DNA of 64,000 nucleotides from an uncultured Rickettsiales bacterium (GTDB lineage Bacteria; Pseudomonadota; Alphaproteobacteria; Rickettsiales; UBA1997): NCBI GenBank assembly GCA_905478165.1, contig CAJQHK010000002.1, positions 3,840 to 67,839 of the forward strand, read 5' to 3'. Shown piece by piece: positions 58,901 to 64,000 of this stretch (position 1 is its first letter; each line of letters starts with the position of its first letter). The notes under the pieces were generated by a model. It saw only the letters and a program-made list of their open reading frames with translations, ran no database searches and was not told where the DNA came from. The position numbers and the translations under genes were made by a program.

Positions 58901-59734
58901 ATTGCAATAAAAATATTATCTATTTTTTGCCTCTGCATTATATATCTTTCGATGTTGATTTATATTTCTCCAATCGCAATTACGTGCGTTCTTTTTGGCA
59001 GAACAAAGGATATTTTTAGCTCCTGGATACAGGGTCTTATATCTTACTCTATTCAGCCGGCACTTATTTTTATTTTTGCAGGTTTTTTTATTAGCATCTT
59101 TAATTATATCGTCGTTACAGATCATGTAAGATTTGAGAACAGAATAACTGACGGCAATTATAAGCTAATTGAACCAAGCGAGAGAGTCGCATTCATTAAC
59201 TGCAATAACTGGAGTATTAATGGAGAATCAATGCGGCCCGGCGACAAGAGTATATATTGCTTTTTTAGAAATATATATAACCCAAATGACGAAAAATCAG
59301 TTAGCTTATTTCCTGATCTTGCCATTTTTGGTATGTATTTTCAGACATCTTATGACATTTTAGAAGGGTCTGCAGACAGTATTGCACAAAAAGGTATGGG
59401 TGATAGTAAGTTTTCTACGATGCTACAGATTGCTATTATTTTATATATTTTAAATTTTCTTGCCACATTAGTGCCCGAGATCGCGGCAAATATCACTTCT
59501 GGGGCCTCGTTAGGATCCGTTAGTGGTTTACAATATAACCCTTCTCAGCTATCGCAAAGGGTAAGAGGGTATGGCGATGGAGCTAAGGACATAGCTCGAG
59601 GTCTAGGATCTAGATATGGTAAAAAAGCTTACGATATGATAGAAAAGAAAAGAGAGGGATTCAGAAAGTCAGACACTAAGTCTGACGGTAAAAATAACGA
59701 TAACAACAAAACCATTGACCCATCCTTAAAATAA
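55967..59734 (+). CDS. large TrbL/VirB6-like polytopic membrane protein with lipoprotein-type N-terminus and Cys-rich ~700-aa N-terminal domain
   Basis: 1255 aa. Signal/lipobox ..IIIVSLNSC. The C-terminal ~500 aa has at least 6 TM helices, with LFGRTKDIFSSWIQGLISYSIQPALIF and ALMGYRILLAGG..IIKLAFVLYF segments resembling the VirB6/TrbL core. The tail is hydrophilic. Confidence 0.5.
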   Translation: MSLISKIQYFASFATKILFFAIIIVSLNSCDPSNTETGAISLEELQKFDPIDKGIRYPFEGVSDEDFDQDGYENEEGDRNIKWGRKSSDWHHACASEEIQYSLSGDIMGAIPFELKMGVFFVNAALSAINHEGFDPITAVTDLMGLDGAFTDHYWDMWNPSCSVIAAVQGVALLAANEAATLACDSSPASGPSSKFKKLKKAAIYTTKLSAKIASSAGGVGLKNIRDAYILGHKCFAAQGWAASMAASAALVCGGGFATGGCAPSLAASSKAQTSAILCCSASAAYVAVLTIALNTIKIKYAAARRHQKKVVVCGHDWYGWKDKKYTKKGDKISTEVRGDYHSNISSSTEDNVKFYSYHKVLLEMNAKNTLIRKIENQPYREYVYGGREIADPTDSDDGGCLMPDIDKDKLKKLFGYYDTNNVAGKEEIRQRYYFKGSNTEPNFACQRFQLSKNKKFSEEERAKFLEAYNCCNNRGKNIICLEYLNDYSARFTEGGTKYDGLVQPYIKQEPPNDPSILYKVAEFGYNSAAKEANNPIRKNIDFCEVGSRQCSLGGGLDIPIAYEAYEHPLSDKYICARSYSVCPYNFTVGTGTAMGGSDINFDIDRELGSTKIFNSIIKLNISFSTSKREKNPNNDYDCQYLNHCTIVPGNLEGIEYGIAHNEDNYFIPSACSDGRGDSQNYHFQNNLLSKKLGTNSLTAPLAQCITESFNNLLLNQYGEDSVEGSYLEGDVRNLPSFFSTIQGNLQDILRAILICALALMGYRILLAGGVEKKEIMGFIIKLAFVLYFVSGSAWKTIFSEGLIAISTELSTALIEIDGEDVDIFLNKEEIDLVKKAINGGVDLNKVESITDLDIDIYFGIDKLQDGKLFKLKNKPENGYYFQKEGNDSIYNISSNNICKFPRYNKIGDADITPSYPDGKEYIKIFDTLDCMISYALGISALSSGSSFFSTIMMSLLSGFIGMSFAIASLFFAISLLSIAIKILSIFCLCIIYLSMLIYISPIAITCVLFGRTKDIFSSWIQGLISYSIQPALIFIFAGFFISIFNYIVVTDHVRFENRITDGNYKLIEPSERVAFINCNNWSINGESMRPGDKSIYCFFRNIYNPNDEKSVSLFPDLAIFGMYFQTSYDILEGSADSIAQKGMGDSKFSTMLQIAIILYILNFLATLVPEIAANITSGASLGSVSGLQYNPSQLSQRVRGYGDGAKDIARGLGSRYGKKAYDMIEKKREGFRKSDTKSDGKNNDNNKTIDPSLK

Positions 59735-59886
59735 TACTAAAACTTATCTATAATAAAATATTTAGATAAAATATCTTGGGTCAAAAAAATTATATCACAT
59801 TGTTCGAATAGAATCTAGACATACCTTAATTAGAAATAGCATCAAGCAGGGTTGTGCGAGCTTCGTATGAAATTATAATTCTTATT

Positions 59887-60183
59887 TTAGGAGTGGAGAT
59901 TAAACCTTTTTTTGATATCAAAATTATGGTTTTGATAGATTTTATTTCTAGCTGCAGATAAGGAGGTGATGTGGCCAGCTACAGCTCCACTAACAAAGCT
60001 TGAAATATACTTATTTGACAACCCGAACGGGTCAATTATCCAGTTAAGGACAATTTCTTCAATTTTAGCTCCGACTGGCGACAAGGTTTTGTTGACAGTA
60101 TTTTGATTCCATGAGTTAGTTGCAATGCTAGTTTTCAGAGTCGCAGGAGTGACCTCCCCATTAATAAAGCCAAAATACCTTAA
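59887..60183 (-). pseudogene. PLP-dependent (group II) amino-acid decarboxylase, ~100-aa internal fragment
   Basis: Minus-strand translation is LRYFGFINGEVTPATLKTSIATNSWNQNTVNKTLSPVGAKIEEIVLNWIIDPFGL..FVSGAVAGHITSLSAARNK. It matches the F.G...G, N.....SP..T.iE..v..W and ..aN..al.aAR blocks. It is bounded by stops (TGATGA at 60184-60189), and the PLP-Lys region is absent. Confidence 0.5.
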
Positions 60184-60251
60184 TCATCAACAGAAATTGT
60201 TGCGGGAGACTTAAATTTATGTAGAAATTCAATTGTTTCGATTAGATTAAA

Positions 60252-60737
60252 TCAGTTTTGCGGCAAAGATTCATCTTCAGAAGGGAAGATGTTTTTTCTT
60301 TCAATATTTTTTAAATATTGTCCATCACATTCAGCTGCTTTTGTTAAAACTGGCCTGCAATCATGGTGATGATTATTATAACTTTCGTTGGTAATTTTTA
60401 CCATAGCTCCAAAATCCTCCAAAGCTTTTGGTTTGGTAATTGATAATATGGCTTTTTTAATTTTCTTATTACTTAAAACTCTTTCCAGTATTTTGCAAGA
60501 AAGGGTTTCGATTAGTTCAAACTTACTATTTGAGACAAAATTTATTAAATCTGAACTCATATCGTAATAATCGACGACATCATTAATATTGTCAGTTTCT
60601 ATTGCCAACTTACTGTCAAAATAAACTGTTAGATCAATTATTAAGGGCTGTTTTGATGTTTTTTCTTGCTCGTGAATTCCAATAATAGCATTTATTTTTA
60701 AATCTTTTATTTCTAATTTTGTAAAATCATTAATCAT
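60252..60737 (-). CDS. folB: dihydroneopterin aldolase (with ~40-aa C-terminal extension)
   Basis: 161 aa. The FolB fold is indicated by LKINAIIGIHEQEKTSKQPLIIDL. Residues after ~120 have no FolB counterpart. Confidence 0.8.
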   Translation of the reverse strand: MINDFTKLEIKDLKINAIIGIHEQEKTSKQPLIIDLTVYFDSKLAIETDNINDVVDYYDMSSDLINFVSNSKFELIETLSCKILERVLSNKKIKKAILSITKPKALEDFGAMVKITNESYNNHHHDCRPVLTKAAECDGQYLKNIERKNIFPSEDESLPQN

Positions 60738-60752
60738 AATTATGCCTTATTA

Positions 60753-61472
60753 TTACAAGGTTGTTAGATGTTCTCCACCATCGACATAAATTGTTTGTCC
60801 AGTTATGAAGTTGTTTTCAATTAAAAATTTCATTGATGTCAGGATATCTGACATCTTGGTGTAGTGATCAAGGGGTGCATTTTTTGCTCTTTTTGAGATA
60901 TATTCTTCAGCAAACTCATATGCAGGCAAGAAGGCGCCAGGCGCAATTGCGTTGACTCTTATTTTTGGAGCCAATTCTAGAGCCATGTCTTTTGTCAATA
61001 TTTCTAGTGATTTTTTAGAATTTAAATAGGTAAAAAATTTTTTAGATCTTCTTACTATGTACGTATCTAGTAGGTTTATTATATTGCCAGAGTTATTTTT
61101 AGCAAAAAATTGTGATAAAAAGAATATCGCTTTATAATTTATGTTAAAATTTTCATCAAAAATTTCTTCTGTAGTGTTACTAAAACCTCCTTTGGTAAAA
61201 ATAGAGCTATTATTAATTAAGACATCTATTTTGCCAAAATGATTCTCTGTATCTGTGATTAATTTTTGACAATTATTGGTGTTTTGCAAGTCTGCTTGAA
61301 AAATTTGACAATCTATGTTTAAAGTGTTTAGCTCTGCTTTGGTTGCGACAGCATCTTTTTCTGAAGAATTATAATGTAACGCAATGTTACAACCCTCTTC
61401 TGCAAATGAGGTGGCAAGAAATTTACCAAGTCTTTTCGCAGATCCGGTAATTAATATGGTTTTTTTATCCAT
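60753..61472 (-). CDS. short-chain dehydrogenase/reductase, pteridine-reductase/FolM-like
   Basis: 239 aa. ILITGSAKRLGK cofactor motif and a YxxxK-type active site (Y..SKK). It lies adjacent to folB. Confidence 0.65.
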   Translation of the reverse strand: MDKKTILITGSAKRLGKFLATSFAEEGCNIALHYNSSEKDAVATKAELNTLNIDCQIFQADLQNTNNCQKLITDTENHFGKIDVLINNSSIFTKGGFSNTTEEIFDENFNINYKAIFFLSQFFAKNNSGNIINLLDTYIVRRSKKFFTYLNSKKSLEILTKDMALELAPKIRVNAIAPGAFLPAYEFAEEYISKRAKNAPLDHYTKMSDILTSMKFLIENNFITGQTIYVDGGEHLTTL

Positions 61473-61475
61473 CAG

Positions 61476-62345
61476 TTATTCAAATAAATAAATTATTTCT
61501 TGATTAATCTTTTGAAATTGTATTAAAATCTCAAGATTTTTTTTGATTCTAGTGGTTGTTTTAGTTGAGTTTTGGTCGAGTCGGTTTAGAAGGTAGAGAG
61601 CTTTTTGATAGTCCTTAAATTTTAAGTTATTTTCAATTTTATGTAAGACGTGATCAATATCCATTGCGGCCCCTTCCTTGAATTTTATCTTTCTAATAGT
61701 TACATAATTTAAGAAGTTATTTTTTAATTTAGAAAGTAGGTCATCGTCGTGGGTAGCTTTTTCATAAGATATAATTTTTCTTATTATTTGGTCAAAATCT
61801 TGTCTAATTTCTTGATTGGTTTTGATTTTGTTAATTAATAATTTTTCTAATTTTAGAAAATTTTGGTATAATTTACTCTTGTTGTTTATTAGAGATTTTG
61901 TTAGCAATAATTCTTTTTTATAATCTCGACCCTCTTCTATTTTTTTTATTAGTTTAAAATAGCTAAGGATGATATGTGGAGAATTTCCGCCATTTTGTAT
62001 TTTTGACATTTCACTGTAAATTTCTTCATATCTTTTTTCAAGAAGGTTATGCCTCTTCTCTAACTCTAATAATTTTTTATTATTAAAATTCTCTGTTTTC
62101 TTGACTGTTATTTTTTTATATTGCCGAGGCTCAAACTTTGTTATTAAAACTTCTTTTTTAGAGAAAATTTTAAATTTACTAGCAAGGGGGGTTAAAAATA
62201 TTATTGCAATAATTATCGACACAAAAAATGTCAGAAGGACAAGCCTTGCACTTACTCTATATTTTTTTGATTTTTGCGCCCCCTGATCTGCGGTTGATTT
62301 TTTAGTCATCTTGTAACAAATTATTGATTCTTTCCTGGTAATCAT
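61476..62345 (-). CDS. hypothetical membrane-anchored coiled-coil protein
   Basis: 289 aa. One TM helix (VLLTFFVSIIIAIIFL) followed by long Lys/Glu-rich helices. The true start is probably the internal Met (MTKKST..). Confidence 0.4.
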   Translation of the reverse strand: MITRKESIICYKMTKKSTADQGAQKSKKYRVSARLVLLTFFVSIIIAIIFLTPLASKFKIFSKKEVLITKFEPRQYKKITVKKTENFNNKKLLELEKRHNLLEKRYEEIYSEMSKIQNGGNSPHIILSYFKLIKKIEEGRDYKKELLLTKSLINNKSKLYQNFLKLEKLLINKIKTNQEIRQDFDQIIRKIISYEKATHDDDLLSKLKNNFLNYVTIRKIKFKEGAAMDIDHVLHKIENNLKFKDYQKALYLLNRLDQNSTKTTTRIKKNLEILIQFQKINQEIIYLFE

Positions 62346-62961
62346 GGTGATTAAAAATATAAGATCCAGACACCAAAATATCGGCTCCAGATTTTGTAGC
62401 TATTTTGGCTGTTTTATCATTAATTCCTCCATCAATTTGTAATAGGATTTTTTTTCCACAATTGTCAATTTTCTGGCGAATATTTTCAATTTTTTTAATT
62501 TGAGATTCTAGAAATCTTTGTCCACCAAATCCTGGATTAACTGTCATTACTAATATTAGGTCAACCTTATCCAGAATGTAATCTAAAACATCTTCATTGG
62601 TTGATGGAATGATGGAGATTCCAGCCTTTTTGCCAAGAGATTTGATCTTTGTTAGGACCGAATCAATGTGAGTTGTTGCTTCGTAATGAATAGTGATGAT
62701 GTCAGAACCAGCTTTAGCAAAATTTTCAATATGATTTTCTGGGTTATTGATCATTAGGTGGGTATCAAATATCAAGTTTGATTCTTTTCGAAGAGATTTT
62801 ATGATTTCTGGGCCAAACGTAATATTGGGCACAAAGCTGCCGTCCATAACGTCAAGATGAAGGTATCTGATATTTTTACACTTAGATATAGACTTTACTT
62901 CCTCTCCTAATTTTGAGAAATTTGCCGATAATATGGATGGAGCGATTTCAATCATTGTCAT
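62302..62961 (-). CDS. rpe: ribulose-phosphate 3-epimerase
   Basis: 219 aa. Blocks IAPSILSANF, LHLDVMDG, MTVNPGFGGQ and DGG. Confidence 0.95.
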   Translation of the reverse strand: MTMIEIAPSILSANFSKLGEEVKSISKCKNIRYLHLDVMDGSFVPNITFGPEIIKSLRKESNLIFDTHLMINNPENHIENFAKAGSDIITIHYEATTHIDSVLTKIKSLGKKAGISIIPSTNEDVLDYILDKVDLILVMTVNPGFGGQRFLESQIKKIENIRQKIDNCGKKILLQIDGGINDKTAKIATKSGADILVSGSYIFNHHDYQERINNLLQDD

Positions 62962-63403
62962 TAAAGCATTTAATTAAGGTAACGTCATATATGACGTGCT
63001 CCATAGAGGATATGGACGGAGACGATGATAATATCCAACTATTAAAAATAATGTCTTCTTGGTTGCTGTCAAATTTTTTATATTCTTTTACCGTTATTAA
63101 CGCTTTATTTTCCGGCTTTTCTTCTGGTTTTGATTGCCAACATTTATGCACTAAAAGTGACAATGTTTTAAATTGATAGATTTCTGATATCTTAATATCT
63201 ATGTTGACACTCTTTGCCATGATTTTATCCAGAATTTGTATTCTAGCGTAATTGGAGAATTGATTGTTAGGGATGTCTTTTAAATACGTAATTGTCTTTT
63301 TTACCGTGTCGTCAACAGGTTTTTCTTGTCTATATTCATTAGCTCTTAACCCGACCCAGGCAAGGAGGAGTATGATAGTTAGCAGTATATTTAATTTAGT
63401 CAT
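62948..63403 (-). CDS. DUF2155 domain protein
   Basis: 151 aa. Signal peptide, ARIQILDKI.., ..HKCWQSKPEEKPENKALI.. and ..SSSPSISSMEHVIYDVTLIKC. It forms the classic pair with the NDUFA12-like gene. Confidence 0.75.
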   Translation of the reverse strand: MTKLNILLTIILLLAWVGLRANEYRQEKPVDDTVKKTITYLKDIPNNQFSNYARIQILDKIMAKSVNIDIKISEIYQFKTLSLLVHKCWQSKPEEKPENKALITVKEYKKFDSNQEDIIFNSWILSSSPSISSMEHVIYDVTLIKCFNDND

Positions 63404-63417
63404 CTTATCTCTTTGAG

Positions 63418-63747
63418 TTAAAGATTGTTATTTTTTGTGTTTTTTGCTGCCGGCTCCCAAGATTGATATTCTTTTTTAATTTTTGACGATGTGTTTCTGT
63501 ACTTAGTTCCTGTTGGGTTTGGTATATGAATTTTTTGCCAAGCATATTGTGGGTTTGGTATAATTTTATCGTGAATATTATGGAGCCATAAATGCCAATT
63601 CGGCGGAACTTTTGAGGCTTCGACAGAGCCATTGTAAATAACATGTTTTTTTCCTGATTTTGATATGAAGTAAGAATTTCCAAACTCGTCCTTACCAACC
63701 AATTTAGAAGATAATTTGATTATTAATTTATTAAAAAAATTATTCAT
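63418..63747 (-). CDS. NADH:ubiquinone oxidoreductase subunit NDUFA12-like protein
   Basis: 109 aa. Blocks VGKDEFGNSYF and PPNWHLWLH. Confidence 0.8.
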   Translation of the reverse strand: MNNFFNKLIIKLSSKLVGKDEFGNSYFISKSGKKHVIYNGSVEASKVPPNWHLWLHNIHDKIIPNPQYAWQKIHIPNPTGTKYRNTSSKIKKEYQSWEPAAKNTKNNNL

Positions 63748-63904
63748 ATGCTGATTGTGTCTTTTAACTTTATCTAGGTCGTTATTAAAATTAGATAAAA
63801 AGTCTTGCGAGTCGCGGACAATATTTTAGTCATTTTTTATCTATTTTTAAATGATCTTTGATGTTAATTGTAATAATATTGATTATTTTGTCAAATTTAA
63901 TATT

Positions 63905-63961
63905 ATGCCAACTCCCCTTTACAATGCGTTATGTAACAAAATACTTTAAGGTTAAGATTAT
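63905..63961 (-). repeat. Intergenic repeat family 1, copy D (oriented toward the NDUFA12-like gene)
   Basis: Minus-strand reading is TTGATAATCTTAACCTTAAAGTATTTTGTTACATAACGCATTGTAAAGGGGAGTTGGCA. Confidence 0.6.
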
Positions 63962-63996
63962 CAAAAAAGACCGCCTTATGTTAATGAGGCATAAGG
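63962..63996 (-). terminator. Rho-independent terminator (hairpin module of repeat copy D) for a minus-strand gene beyond the right window edge
   Basis: The 8-bp stem GCCTTATG/CATAAGGC (63972-63979/63989-63996) is followed on the minus strand by GGTCTTTTTT. Confidence 0.6.
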
Positions 63997-64000
63997 CTTT

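Noticed and set aside
61476-62345. An alphaproteobacterial Mic60/mitofilin homologue (TM helix, coiled coil, C-terminal ..YQKALYLLNRLDQ.. segment).
   Set aside because: At 289 aa it is much shorter than known alpha-Mic60. It is not next to hemC/hemD, and the similarity is only in general architecture. Left as hypothetical.

Overview
This is an AT-rich (roughly 30% GC by eye), gene-dense chromosomal window. It looks like a reduced, probably host-associated alphaproteobacterium. Alpha-specific markers are a DUF1013/TrcR-like gene, the DUF2155 + NDUFA12-like pair, an Alph_Pro_TM-like protein and a hemE/rho neighbourhood. Scattered nuo genes, an orphan tRNA-Ala(UGC), a type-2 IleRS fragment and a VirB6-like protein give it a Rickettsiales/Holosporales-like flavour. 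I can support about 65 intact, mostly housekeeping CDS: uvrB, nuoG, ftsH, recR, lepB, nuoE, hemE, rho, hslU, purM/purB/purK, gcvPA/PB, truA, ffh, ahpCD, ispE, typA, galU, rimM, ftsA, speB, hisG, folB, rpe and others. There are also RNase P RNA, tRNA-Ala and tRNA-Phe. I found no CRISPR array, no intact prophage and no recognisable defence or toxin-antitoxin locus. Things the routine annotation does not explain: (1) a 1255-aa orphan TrbL/VirB6-like membrane protein with a lipoprotein-type N-terminus and a ~700-aa Cys-rich domain, translationally overlapping hisG, with no other T4SS gene in 64 kb. (2) A dispersed ~50-100 bp intergenic repeat family (at least 7 copies) built from a terminator-like hairpin, a T-run, a conserved TTGACAAT..AACCTTAAAG block, a palindromic TATAATGCATTATA core and a GTGGGAATTGGTAT box; most copies point at a downstream gene. 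(3) An identical 16-bp perfect palindrome on both sides of uvrB. (4) A pseudogene load that is striking for such a compact region: Acs-like, IleRS C-terminal fragment, oxyR-like next to intact ahpCD, Fic, PLP-decarboxylase fragment, and three different IS remnants. (5) A umuD-like gene with an in-frame TGA just upstream of the expected self-cleavage site. (6) A candidate replication origin in the hemE-rho spacer. All functional calls come from my reading of the supplied translations and from remembered family motifs; no database search was run.
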